Shown here in pieces: positions 27,716 through 35,588 of a DNA stretch of 64,000 nt. The stretch's first letter is position 1, and every line of letters begins with the position of its first letter. Source of the stretch: a virus. Under the pieces are notes generated by a model. It was not told where the DNA came from, did no database searches, and was given only the letters and a program-made list of their open reading frames with translations. The stretch covers positions 1-64,000 of the IMG/VR virus record IMGVR_UViG_3300020442_000017, one strand, 5' to 3'. The translations under genes were made by a program, and so were the position numbers.

Positions 27716-28004
27716 ACTCAAAGTGCAAAAAGCAGCACCTATTATTGTTGAACATGTTCTAGAACTACTTGCACCATTTGATGTGCAACAAATTCTAGAA
27801 TCAACTGCTGATGAGATCATCATTAAACCAACTACTACTGCTGAAGTTGGTGATGATGATTGGAAGAAGTTCTGGCGTTATCAGTCACACTTCACTCTGG
27901 AGTTCTGCAAGGCACTTGTTCAATCAATTCCTGAAGGATATACCTTTTTGTCTTACAACCACCTTACAAACGATCTGAGCGTGGTTAGAGACAATGGAAA
28001 TTGA
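27690..28004 (+). CDS. Hypothetical protein
   Basis: ORF in the packed operon. Confidence 0.65.
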   Translation: MKNLPALTKLKVQKAAPIIVEHVLELLAPFDVQQILESTADEIIIKPTTTAEVGDDDWKKFWRYQSHFTLEFCKALVQSIPEGYTFLSYNHLTNDLSVVRDNGN

Positions 28005-28158
28005 TAAGAAGCGTATGGATGAACTTCTAGCAATGAAAGCGTTGCTAGAAGATACAGTAGAATACTATTGTGATGAATACATGGTATCAGGTGAAATTGC
28101 TTGGACTATGGTAGCATCACTTGCTGACGCTAAACTTAATGTTGATTTTCCTAAGTGA
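27994..28158 (+). CDS. Small hypothetical protein (54 aa, MEIDKKRMDELL...VEYYCDEYMVSGE)
   Basis: Read manually; GTGA coupling with the deaminase gene. Confidence 0.65.
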   Translation: MEIDKKRMDELLAMKALLEDTVEYYCDEYMVSGEIAWTMVASLADAKLNVDFPK

Positions 28159-28520
28159 CTCGTTCTACTGGTAGTATTCATGATTTCGCAGTGAGTATAG
28201 CAATGACCTCCACTTCACGTAGGAGAGTCGGTGCTGTACTCTACAATAAGAACAAAGTTGTAGCAACAGCAACAAATATAGAGACTAAATCACACCCATT
28301 GCAAGCATACTTTGCTGAACGTGTTGGTCTTGGTGAGAAGATATACCTTCATGCTGAGATTGCTGCGTTGATCAAGTGTAAGCAAGAGTGTGATACAATT
28401 GTAGTCGCACGTGTTAACTCACAAGATAGACTACGAATGGCAAAACCATGCCCAATTTGTGAACTTGCTCTTAAAGAAGCAGGTGTATCCAACATTTATT
28501 ACACCACAAATGAACACTGA
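28155..28520 (+). CDS. Zn-dependent cytidine/dCMP deaminase-superfamily protein
   Basis: VGAVL, LHAEIAAL and KPCPIC motifs. Confidence 0.85.
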   Translation: MTRSTGSIHDFAVSIAMTSTSRRRVGAVLYNKNKVVATATNIETKSHPLQAYFAERVGLGEKIYLHAEIAALIKCKQECDTIVVARVNSQDRLRMAKPCPICELALKEAGVSNIYYTTNEH

Positions 28521-28725
28521 CTCTATCAATGCCGCACGTGATGATCTCACAACGTGGATAAACAATCGTTTCCGCTACTTGTATGGCAATAAAAGGCATG
28601 ATGATGCTATTGAATTTGCAAACGAGTGGTTTGAATGGATGGATCCCAACAACTATATAAACGAGTCTACACTTTTTTACGACGAGAATGAACTCAGAGA
28701 ACTATACGAGTCTATCAAAACATGA
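28510..28725 (+). CDS. Hypothetical protein
   Basis: ATG 28510 overlaps the deaminase end. Confidence 0.65.
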   Translation: MNTDSINAARDDLTTWINNRFRYLYGNKRHDDAIEFANEWFEWMDPNNYINESTLFYDENELRELYESIKT

Positions 28726-28870
28726 ACATCTTGATGAACAGTTGAAAGCACTCGCATTAGCGTACATTGAAGCACACAATAGAAAGGACTTCACTGTTGC
28801 TGAAATGATTCGTCATGACATTGATCAATTGAAAACCCTTTCCAAACATGGCAAGAAAGTCAAAGACTGA
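28688..28870 (+). CDS. Hypothetical protein
   Basis: Short helical ORF in the operon. Confidence 0.55.
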   Translation: MNSENYTSLSKHEHLDEQLKALALAYIEAHNRKDFTVAEMIRHDIDQLKTLSKHGKKVKD

Positions 28871-29201
28871 ACAGTCACTCACTAAAAACCTATCTAAACT
28901 CACTACTACGAGTAAGAAGAAGGTAAAGAGTGTTAAATCCACTCCCAAACCATCACGTAAGACTAGAATTGATAAGAAACCAGTCTTTATTGATGTAAAA
29001 TCAGATGCTAAATGGGAACTATGCAATGGTAATGGTAACATAAAGAACACATCTCCGTGGTATCTACACCCAGTAAAGCAAAATCATTTTAATAGATCAT
29101 GGTTTAGAGACTATGATGACGCATGTAAACAAATTAAAAGGTTGAAACTACGACCTGAAGACTACACATTATGGCATTGGACGAATCAAAAATCATCGTA
29201 A
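28848..29201 (+). CDS. Hypothetical Lys-rich protein
   Basis: Very basic N-terminal half. Confidence 0.6.
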   Translation: MARKSKTEQSLTKNLSKLTTTSKKKVKSVKSTPKPSRKTRIDKKPVFIDVKSDAKWELCNGNGNIKNTSPWYLHPVKQNHFNRSWFRDYDDACKQIKRLKLRPEDYTLWHWTNQKSS

Positions 29202-29767
29202 GAGATGATTATCTACCACAACAGCAGTATGAACAACTAAAGGACTATTTCCTAGGTCCACGTTGTTATTGGTATTATTGTGGTAACTATAGTGGTGGAT
29301 ACCCACAGATGGAGCATGTATTCTATAATGAATTTGTAGGCACACAGTGTTATGCTGGTGTGCCATTTCAAGCAGGTGAGGGTATGGCATTGATGAAACC
29401 ATTGCTTAGTTCATTTAATCATTCAGCACTCCTTCGTATTCGTGCAATTTGTAATTGGAGGACTGGTACAATGACACAACGTGGATGGCATGTTGATGTA
29501 CCATTTGATTGTACCACTGCTATCTACTATCTACATGATAGTGATGCACTCACATTATTCAAAGATGGTGATGATGAACCATTGGAGTGTGAGACCAAGG
29601 GAAATAGATTGGTTGAGTTTCCATCACAGTATGAGCATACGGTAACACCAATGACCACACCAGAGCGTAGGATACTAATCAACTTTAATTTCATACGAGC
29701 ATTGCCTGTTAAAGATGGACAGACATTTGTCTCACATAGATTATCAACACAACATCCTATGTCTTGA
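29171..29767 (+). CDS. 2OG-Fe(II) oxygenase
   Basis: WHVD, TAIYYL, LVEFPS..EH, R.LINFN: HxD..H..R facial triad. Confidence 0.8.
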   Translation: MALDESKIIVRDDYLPQQQYEQLKDYFLGPRCYWYYCGNYSGGYPQMEHVFYNEFVGTQCYAGVPFQAGEGMALMKPLLSSFNHSALLRIRAICNWRTGTMTQRGWHVDVPFDCTTAIYYLHDSDALTLFKDGDDEPLECETKGNRLVEFPSQYEHTVTPMTTPERRILINFNFIRALPVKDGQTFVSHRLSTQHPMS

Positions 29768-29792
29768 CATAGATCAAAGTATACAGTATTAT
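29764..29792 (+). promoter_or_regulatory. sigma70-type promoter
   Basis: TTGACA-17 nt-TATTAT; AGGAG SD and ATG 29813 downstream. Confidence 0.7.
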
Positions 29793-29812
29793 TATTAAAG
29801 TCTAGGAGCATT

Positions 29813-30025
29813 ATGCCACTTTCAGATTCGGTACAGAACAGTCTAAACGAAGCAACAGGACACATTCGCAATGCATTGGCATTTGCTGCACGTCAAGAAC
29901 GACCAGTAACAGTGAGTGCAATTGCAAAATTGTTAAGTGATCTTGAGCATGTAGAGGCATTTGATGGTATCCTAGATAAAATAGATCACACATTAGAAAA
30001 ACATTTAGATGATGATAACATCTAG
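29813..30025 (+). CDS. Hypothetical helical protein
   Basis: AGGAG SD; own promoter. Confidence 0.75.
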   Translation: MPLSDSVQNSLNEATGHIRNALAFAARQERPVTVSAIAKLLSDLEHVEAFDGILDKIDHTLEKHLDDDNI

Positions 30026-30260
30026 TAAATACCTCGTATGTAATGGTGATGACATCATGATGACAGAACATTATGAACTCATGTCCAAGCGTTCTCGTGC
30101 TGGCAAGAATGGAAAGAACATCAAATGTCCTCATTGTCAATCAGTACATAAAATCTATCATCTGTCATGGTCATCATTGACATGTCATAAATGTCAGAAT
30201 GATATTGACAAATATGATTGGTTGATTGATCAATTAGACACATGGAGAACACCTAAATGA
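30009..30260 (+). CDS. Zinc-ribbon protein (true start possibly about 30057)
   Basis: CPHC...CHKC. Confidence 0.65.
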   Translation: MMITSSKYLVCNGDDIMMTEHYELMSKRSRAGKNGKNIKCPHCQSVHKIYHLSWSSLTCHKCQNDIDKYDWLIDQLDTWRTPK

Positions 30261-30385
30261 ATAAACTATTACAATGGGATAAGCGTTTAGCAATTAAATT
30301 TCAACAGAAGTTTGATCTATCCAATTATCAAATGCTATGGGTAGCATTTCTTAAAGGTTTACTAATTGGTGCTATTATTCTATGA
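30257..30385 (+). CDS. Small membrane protein (42 aa, MNKLLQWDKRLA...GLLIGAIIL)
   Basis: Read manually; ATGA overlaps at both ends; GGAG SD. Confidence 0.7.
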   Translation: MNKLLQWDKRLAIKFQQKFDLSNYQMLWVAFLKGLLIGAIIL

Positions 30386-30918
30386 GAGAACGTGTACTTG
30401 AACTATTACGTGAAAGATCGTATAGACTTGGTAACTATACACTATCATCTGGTATAGAGACCGATCATTATGTCAATTGTAAACCTGTCACATTAAATGG
30501 TGAAGGTTTATATCTAATTGCAAATATGATGCTAGATCATATTCATAAAGATACAACAGCAGTAGCAGGTTTAACACTTGGTGCTGATCCTCTTGTATCT
30601 GCGGTGGCAATGGCATGTCATCAACAATGGCGTCCTCTTGATGCTCTTATTATTCGTAAACAACCTAAAGGTCATGGTACTACATCTCAAATAGAAGGTC
30701 ACTTACCACCAGAAGGTGCTACAATTACTGTATTGGAAGATGTGACCACAACTGGTCAATCAGCACTTAATGCAGTACAAGTACTACGAAATGCCAATTA
30801 TAACGTAGATAAAGTTGTTACAATCGTAGATAGACAAGATTGTGATACTCATGCTATAATGTTGAATGAAGGACTTGAGTTCTTCTCCCTATTTTCACTT
30901 TCAGAATTATGCGAATGA
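30382..30918 (+). CDS. pyrE: Orotate phosphoribosyltransferase
   Basis: G.YTLSSG...HYVNCK, AVAGLTLGADP, IRKQPKGHG and PRPP motif VLEDVTTTGQS, VDRQ. Confidence 0.93.
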   Translation: MRERVLELLRERSYRLGNYTLSSGIETDHYVNCKPVTLNGEGLYLIANMMLDHIHKDTTAVAGLTLGADPLVSAVAMACHQQWRPLDALIIRKQPKGHGTTSQIEGHLPPEGATITVLEDVTTTGQSALNAVQVLRNANYNVDKVVTIVDRQDCDTHAIMLNEGLEFFSLFSLSELCE

Positions 30919-31142
30919 ACGACCAAACGAAACTAGTATTTGCACTTGAGCACGTTGCACACTTGTATGATCTCATTGATGGGAATGAATGGCAACAATA
31001 CTTGACTGAACATCTGGTTCAATTTGAATCTGAACTAGAACGTCAACTCTCCCTAGAATTGAAGCGTAAATCTAATCAACCATGCCCTCCACGTAAGTCG
31101 GCAGTAGAAGCACGTAAGGAACAAGCAAATGTCAACCGATAA
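30909..31142 (+). CDS. Hypothetical protein (start possibly 30915)
   Basis: Coupled to the pyrE stop. Confidence 0.65.
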   Translation: MRMNDQTKLVFALEHVAHLYDLIDGNEWQQYLTEHLVQFESELERQLSLELKRKSNQPCPPRKSAVEARKEQANVNR

Positions 31143-31461
31143 ACATAATGATTGTATGGATGAATACTTTGAGTGTTCATCCTCATGCCCCCCTGATGAT
31201 AATACATGCCATACTGATTGCGTAGAAGAAATGAAAGAATGTCAAGTACCAGGAATTGATGTGTCTGATTATTATCATGGTCTTATTCCATATAAGTCAT
31301 GGGATAACTCTCATGGTGATCTCATCGCTGAATTACTACAAATTGCAGCACAACTAGGTGGCACTATGGAAAGATCAACTAGAGTGACATCACAAGGTAC
31401 ATCATCACAAGTTATCACAATTGAATACAATGTACAAACTAACGATAAAAGAACACCTTAA
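31129..31461 (+). CDS. Cys-rich hypothetical protein
   Basis: N-terminal C-x6-C-x3-C-x6-C-x3-C-x6-C; AAGGA SD. Confidence 0.65.
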   Translation: MSTDKHNDCMDEYFECSSSCPPDDNTCHTDCVEEMKECQVPGIDVSDYYHGLIPYKSWDNSHGDLIAELLQIAAQLGGTMERSTRVTSQGTSSQVITIEYNVQTNDKRTP

Positions 31462-31517
31462 GTTCCTTAAACAACTCAAGAAAGATCTTAAAAAACCTGG
31501 TACACCACTAAGGAAAC

Positions 31518-32144
31518 GTGACAAAATCAAGAACATTCATTGAACAATACCCTAATACATTAACACAAGAACAGTGTAAAACCTTGATCTCCCTATACAA
31601 ACAAGATGATAGGAAAGTTCCTGGTACTATTTCACGTGGTATTGTAGATAAACGTATTAAACATAGTATGGATTTGCAATGCACATTCTCTGATAAGAAG
31701 AACTGGGCACAATACTCATCCATACTATATCAACCATTGAATGATGCCATCTTCAAATATGTAAATGAATACGACTATCTAATGGATCTTCCTCCATTTG
31801 AAGTACAAGACAACTATAATATTCAAGCATATAAAAATGGTGAAGGTTTTGGTAAACTACATTGTGAACTACAAGGTATGGGTAATAGACTACTTGCATG
31901 GATGATCTATCTTAATGATGCAGCATCTGGTACTGATTTCCCATGGCAAGATACAATAACACAAGCAGTAGAAGGTACATGTGTTATATGGCCAGCAGGT
32001 TTCACTCACCCACATAGAGGAGTAACACCTAATAAAGGATATAAAGTCATTGCTACTGGATGGTGTCAATACATACCCAGAGAAGAAGAATTACCACATC
32101 TCATGAGCACATACAAGAAGGCATTTCCACATAAGTTTGCTTGA
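31518..32144 (+). CDS. 2OG-Fe(II) oxygenase
   Basis: LHCE, LAWMIYLND, GTDF, IWPAGFTHPHRG, K.IATGW; AAGGA SD. Confidence 0.85.
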   Translation: MTKSRTFIEQYPNTLTQEQCKTLISLYKQDDRKVPGTISRGIVDKRIKHSMDLQCTFSDKKNWAQYSSILYQPLNDAIFKYVNEYDYLMDLPPFEVQDNYNIQAYKNGEGFGKLHCELQGMGNRLLAWMIYLNDAASGTDFPWQDTITQAVEGTCVIWPAGFTHPHRGVTPNKGYKVIATGWCQYIPREEELPHLMSTYKKAFPHKFA

Positions 32145-32596
32145 CACATCATACACATGGATACTATCCTTTCAACACATTTTACACACACCTCCGCACC
32201 TTGCAATGACTGGGTTTTCCACAGTTTTTGATGTGCTTGTGGAAAACTTTTAAAATCATTAAAAAAATATAGGTAACGTGCGGTGGAGAAGGTGTCTTAG
32301 CCTACCACCTAACGAAAGTCAAGTCAACCCTCAGAAACACTTTGAAACAATCACAGGGACACTTGGGGAACTGGCACACACCCCTTGACAATCCTCGGAA
32401 AACCGTGTATTATTAAAACATGGACAACCGAGGAATTTCAAAAACTTCAAAAACTCACTTTTTTACTTTTTTAAGTTTTTTACTTTTTTAAAAAAGTGAG
32501 ATTTATGACTTTTTTCGTTTAATTCAGAGGTATTTTCCACAAACCCTGTGGAAAACTCCATATATTCAATATAAATCAACAAAATCATTACAAAAC
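32145..32596. other. Candidate replication origin: DnaA boxes + promoter + AT-rich unwinding element
   Basis: TTTTCCACA at 32215 and 32533; reverse-complement TGTGGAAAA at 32238 and 32547; T-tract array 32454-32520; largest non-coding gap in the window. Confidence 0.55.
32356..32413 (+). promoter_or_regulatory. Early promoter cassette E6
   Basis: GGGACACTT-gggg-AACTGGCAC (32356-32377); TTGACA 32385-17 nt-TATTAT 32408. Confidence 0.85.
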
Positions 32597-32839
32597 ATGG
32601 CAATTTACTCAAATTTTGAATCAACTGCTGTAAAATCTATTGAAACTACTCCAAATCAAGTAAAAGTAGTGTATAATAGTAATGAAAGTAAAGAATATGC
32701 ATTTGATTGTGAAGATGTCCTAGAATTCGCCAACAATTTGTGTCAAGTTCTCATTGACGCTGAGTTGGATCGTCCCTCTGGAAGTGTCGGACGGTTTCTG
32801 TCACAATCAATCAAGGATCGTGTCCTTATCGCTCAATAA
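32597..32839 (+). CDS. KTSC-like small protein
   Basis: STAVKSI...V.Y.S...EY.F...SGSVGRFLSQSIK resembles the KTSC pattern. Confidence 0.55.
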   Translation: MAIYSNFESTAVKSIETTPNQVKVVYNSNESKEYAFDCEDVLEFANNLCQVLIDAELDRPSGSVGRFLSQSIKDRVLIAQ

Positions 32840-32876
32840 ATAACTGAACGTTTAGTAAAACCACTGCACATTAATC

Positions 32877-33032
32877 ATGTCCAGGCGTAATAGCAACAAT
32901 TCCTACAAGGATGTGCCCCAAGATGAATACTTTGAAGACTATGGTTATGAAATCAAAAATGTAAAACGAAGTAAGAAGAAGAAGGTAGCAAAGTTTAAGC
33001 AGTATGAGTCGTGGGAGGAGGACAGTTATTAA
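32877..33032 (+). CDS. Small charged protein (51 aa, MSRRNSNNSY...RSKKKKVAKFK)
   Basis: Read manually; preceded by late-like AATAAATA at 32835. Confidence 0.6.
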   Translation: MSRRNSNNSYKDVPQDEYFEDYGYEIKNVKRSKKKKVAKFKQYESWEEDSY

Positions 33033-33077
33033 AGTGGCATAGTATTAATTGACTTAAAGATCCTGTTCGTCTATTGT
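33019..33077 (+). promoter_or_regulatory. Early promoter cassette E7
   Basis: AGGACAGTT-atta-AAGTGGCAT (33019-33040); TTGACT-17 nt-TATTGT. Confidence 0.75.
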
Positions 33078-33104
33078 ATAGATGTACAGGATTTTTTATT
33101 GTCT

Positions 33105-33281
33105 ATGTTCTTCAAACACATTTCACTTCATGAATACGACCTCACTAACAAGGGCATCTCTCAAGCATGTTATGATGAACTTGTTGCCAGTGGTAACAAT
33201 TCAACCGAAGCACAGTTAAGAGTCCTAGCAGATAACATGCGTGAAGAGTTTAAAGACTACATGCGTCCATTATTTGCTTAG
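33105..33281 (+). CDS. Hypothetical early protein
   Basis: First ORF after E7. Confidence 0.65.
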   Translation: MFFKHISLHEYDLTNKGISQACYDELVASGNNSTEAQLRVLADNMREEFKDYMRPLFA

Positions 33282-33292
33282 GAGGAGATAAC

Positions 33293-33460
33293 ATGATGGA
33301 TAAAATTGATTTCCTTACTATAGTCTACGAAGACTATTGCACCAAGCATAGTTTACCTTTTGTCAGTGCAGATGAGCAGGACACGGTAGACATGGATGAG
33401 AAACATGTATCATGGTTGCACACATTCAACGAAATGTGGGACATTGCACAGGACAGTTAA
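33293..33460 (+). CDS. Small hypothetical protein (55 aa, MMDKIDFLTIVYEDYC...)
   Basis: Read manually; strong AGGAGGAG SD. Confidence 0.7.
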   Translation: MMDKIDFLTIVYEDYCTKHSLPFVSADEQDTVDMDEKHVSWLHTFNEMWDIAQDS

Positions 33461-33510
33461 GAAAGTGGCACAGGGGGTATTGCATTCCCCCTTTTTCTGT
33501 GTCATATTAT
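33450..33510 (+). promoter_or_regulatory. Early promoter cassette E8 with terminator-like hairpin
   Basis: AGGACAGTT-aaga-AAGTGGCAC (33450-33471); AGGGGG/CCCCCT+T-run; TTGCAT 33480; CATATT/TATTAT 33503-33510. Confidence 0.8.
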
Positions 33511-33536
33511 AAGAGTCAACCAATTCACAACATTTT

Positions 33537-33860
33537 ATGCGAAAGATTGAACAGCAAATGAACAACGCCATCTCTAACTGCAAAGACTGGAGATCTGGCA
33601 ACACTGAGGTAGTTAACTGCAACGGTGAATCTTTTGTTTATTTGCATGGCAATCACATCGCCACACTGGGTGATGATTTTGTGAGAATCTTTGATGGTGG
33701 ATGGCAATCCAACACCACTAAATCTCGTCTCAATGCAATCATCAACGGTTTCTGTAATGCATTCACTGATGGTGTATTTCAGAAAGATTTTGTGTGGTAT
33801 GTGATGGACGGAGGTGTACAACACCAGTTCGTCAATGGTTATGAATTTCAAGGTGCATAA
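33537..33860 (+). CDS. Conserved phage early protein (LHGN.IA...GGWQSNTTKSRLNA family)
   Basis: First ORF after E8; recognisable phage motif, function unknown. Confidence 0.75.
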   Translation: MRKIEQQMNNAISNCKDWRSGNTEVVNCNGESFVYLHGNHIATLGDDFVRIFDGGWQSNTTKSRLNAIINGFCNAFTDGVFQKDFVWYVMDGGVQHQFVNGYEFQGA

Positions 33861-33879
33861 TATCGGTTGAACATATACA

Positions 33880-33910
33880 CCACCTGCTTCAATTGCAGGT
33901 GGATTTTTAT
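33880..33910 (+). terminator. Intrinsic terminator
   Basis: CCACCTGC-7 nt-GCAGGTGG followed by ATTTTTAT. Confidence 0.7.
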
Positions 33911-34015
33911 TACCCATAGAGTGAAAACAATTCCAACGAGTTGTAACGATGAACTCCTATTGTGGGGTTTATATGTTATAATTACTTCTACGTTCTTTCG
34001 CACGAGGTCTCGCTC

Positions 34016-34141
34016 ATGACTTTCCAGGAGTATTTGGCAGAAGAATTAAAGTATTACGAGGAACACCCAGAGGAGCAAGATCCACTGGAGGCACACTCAA
34101 ACTGTTCTACATTTGAAATAGATTACACAGTACAATCATGA
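34016..34141 (+). CDS. Small acidic protein (41 aa, MTFQEYLAEEL...)
   Basis: Read manually; GAGGT SD; upstream TG-n-TATAAT at 33974-33982. Confidence 0.6.
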   Translation: MTFQEYLAEELKYYEEHPEEQDPLEAHSNCSTFEIDYTVQS

Positions 34142-34554
34142 TAGAAGATGTAACACATAGTCTACACGATTGGGAGGATTTTTGGTACAATTCAACCACT
34201 TCTACAAGTGGCACAGTTGTGCTTGATTCTCCAGTTGATGTGTGCCATAGTAACAACATGGAAAACAACCCAATGATTTCCCTTCCAAATCCAACTAAGA
34301 AAATTCTCATGGCAGACAACATTGTTGATCGTGATGAACTCCAACAGAATCTAATTGATCAGATTGTTGATGACATGGATCTGAAAACGTTGATGCAATT
34401 AGTTGCAGAACAGTTGGATCATAATTATGATTCGTATACAGTAGATGAACTGATTGCAGAAGCAGAGGAATACTATCCACATTTGCTAGAGAAGGAAGAA
34501 CATAATTTCTCTGAACTTGAGGCACAATGTAATGATTATGGTGTGGGCAAGTAA
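34138..34554 (+). CDS. Acidic hypothetical protein (probable internal start at ATG 34258 or later)
   Basis: ORF spans E9; C-terminal RDELQ..IVDDMDLKTL..YYPHLL segment looks like a stand-alone phage protein. Confidence 0.6.
   Translation: MIEDVTHSLHDWEDFWYNSTTSTSGTVVLDSPVDVCHSNNMENNPMISLPNPTKKILMADNIVDRDELQQNLIDQIVDDMDLKTLMQLVAEQLDHNYDSYTVDELIAEAEEYYPHLLEKEEHNFSELEAQCNDYGVGK
34193..34251 (+). promoter_or_regulatory. Early promoter cassette E9
   Basis: CAACCACTT-ctac-AAGTGGCAC (34193-34214); TTGATT-17 nt-CATAGT. Confidence 0.7.
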
Positions 34555-34579
34555 GTAACACAAACTGGTCAGCCGCTTC

Positions 34580-34638
34580 GCTCCAGTTGGCGAAGTGGCA
34601 CACCATCGCCCCATTCTCCCCCCACCTGTGTCTATAAT
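34580..34638 (+). promoter_or_regulatory. Early promoter cassette E10
   Basis: GCTCCAGTT-ggcg-AAGTGGCAC (34580-34601); TATAAT 34633. Confidence 0.75.
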
Positions 34639-34644
34639 GTCTGT

Positions 34645-34833
34645 ATGACATACGAAATCTTCTGCCCCGCTCTGGGCGAAACAGAGCACACCACTGATCT
34701 AGACCGTGCGATGGATCTGTGTTTCTCCATGCATGACGAGTCCAACTCCTATGCTTGCATCCGTGACGCCTTCGGTGATGTCGTTGGTGAATACGGTGAC
34801 ATCATGGAGGCAGTCGCTGAGGGTTTAGTCTGA
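34645..34833 (+). CDS. Hypothetical early protein (probably leaderless)
   Basis: ATG 6 nt after the -10 box; no SD. Confidence 0.7.
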   Translation: MTYEIFCPALGETEHTTDLDRAMDLCFSMHDESNSYACIRDAFGDVVGEYGDIMEAVAEGLV

Positions 34834-35024
34834 TGCATTTCAACGTACACTACATTGATTTTGATTTTGACGATGAGCACATCAGTAAGGATGAGCGAAT
34901 TGAAATCACCCAAGACCACATCGGTACATGGGAGGCATGTGACGAGGACGACCTCATAGAAGAGATTACCACATCCAGTGGATGGTGCATCAAAAAAATT
35001 GATTACGACATCCAGTTGAAGTAG
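34833..35024 (+). CDS. Hypothetical acidic protein
   Basis: TGATG coupling. Confidence 0.7.
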   Translation: MHFNVHYIDFDFDDEHISKDERIEITQDHIGTWEACDEDDLIEEITTSSGWCIKKIDYDIQLK

Positions 35025-35066
35025 TGGCACACAAGGGGTCGCATTGGTCACCCCTTGCCCTATAAT
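35009..35066 (+). promoter_or_regulatory. Early promoter cassette E11
   Basis: CATCCAGTT-gaag-TAGTGGCAC (35009-35030); CAAGGGGT/ACCCCTTG hairpin; TATAAT 35061. Confidence 0.8.
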
Positions 35067-35091
35067 AACTGTATACACAACAAAGGAGAAC

Positions 35092-35397
35092 ATGAAACGC
35101 CTTGAACTCATCATGGGTCGCAACATTCCAGACAATGGCATTGTGACCGATGCAATGATGAACGACTTCATCAAACGTGAAATCATGCCACATTTTGAGT
35201 ATGGCACTTTCATTGATGGCGAAGGTCTCTGGAAAGGTGAACTAGAACAGACAAAGATTTTCTACCTTGAGGTGCCTGACTCTGAGGTTGATGATCACAT
35301 GATCTCCCTTAATTGCATTGCTGCCATATATAAAAGGCAGTTCAGACAAGAGTCAGTTTTGATCTCTCAAGTGCAAACAAACGCCATTTTTAACTAA
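35092..35397 (+). CDS. DUF3574-like protein (possible SAM-lyase fold)
   Basis: L.MGRNIP..G.V....FI..EI.P.F..G.T.IDG.G.W.G..E.TK...YK.QF.QESVL; AAAGGAG SD before ATG 35092. Confidence 0.7.
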   Translation: MKRLELIMGRNIPDNGIVTDAMMNDFIKREIMPHFEYGTFIDGEGLWKGELEQTKIFYLEVPDSEVDDHMISLNCIAAIYKRQFRQESVLISQVQTNAIFN

Positions 35398-35567
35398 TGC
35401 CATCCATTCGCTATTGGGACGGGGTTGATCAACGTCACCCCCGTACAATTACATACAGAACAGACACCCAAGCAAGGGACGCCCATGCATACTATATCAG
35501 TTGTGGCATCCGATGCGAATTGATAGACAGTAGAGGAACTGTCACACGTGGTGTCGCCTTTGCTTGA
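35397..35567 (+). CDS. Small hypothetical protein (56 aa, MPSIRYWDG...)
   Basis: Read manually; TAATG coupling. Confidence 0.55.
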   Translation: MPSIRYWDGVDQRHPRTITYRTDTQARDAHAYYISCGIRCELIDSRGTVTRGVAFA

Positions 35568-35582
35568 TCGGTGCCCTATACT
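35524..35582 (+). promoter_or_regulatory. Early promoter cassette E12
   Basis: TAGACAGTA-gagg-AACTGTCAC (35524-35545); TATACT 35577. Confidence 0.75.
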
Positions 35583-35588
35583 AAGAGC

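Noticed and set aside
31129-31461. Cys-rich ORF as CP12
   Set aside because: Lacks AWD.VEEL and the C-terminal C-x8-C-x2-Y[DE] CP12 motif.
32420-32491. 23-aa ORF MDNRGISKTSKTHFFTFLSFLLF after E6
   Set aside because: Mostly a by-product of T-tracts; better explained as a non-coding unwinding element, though translation is not excluded.
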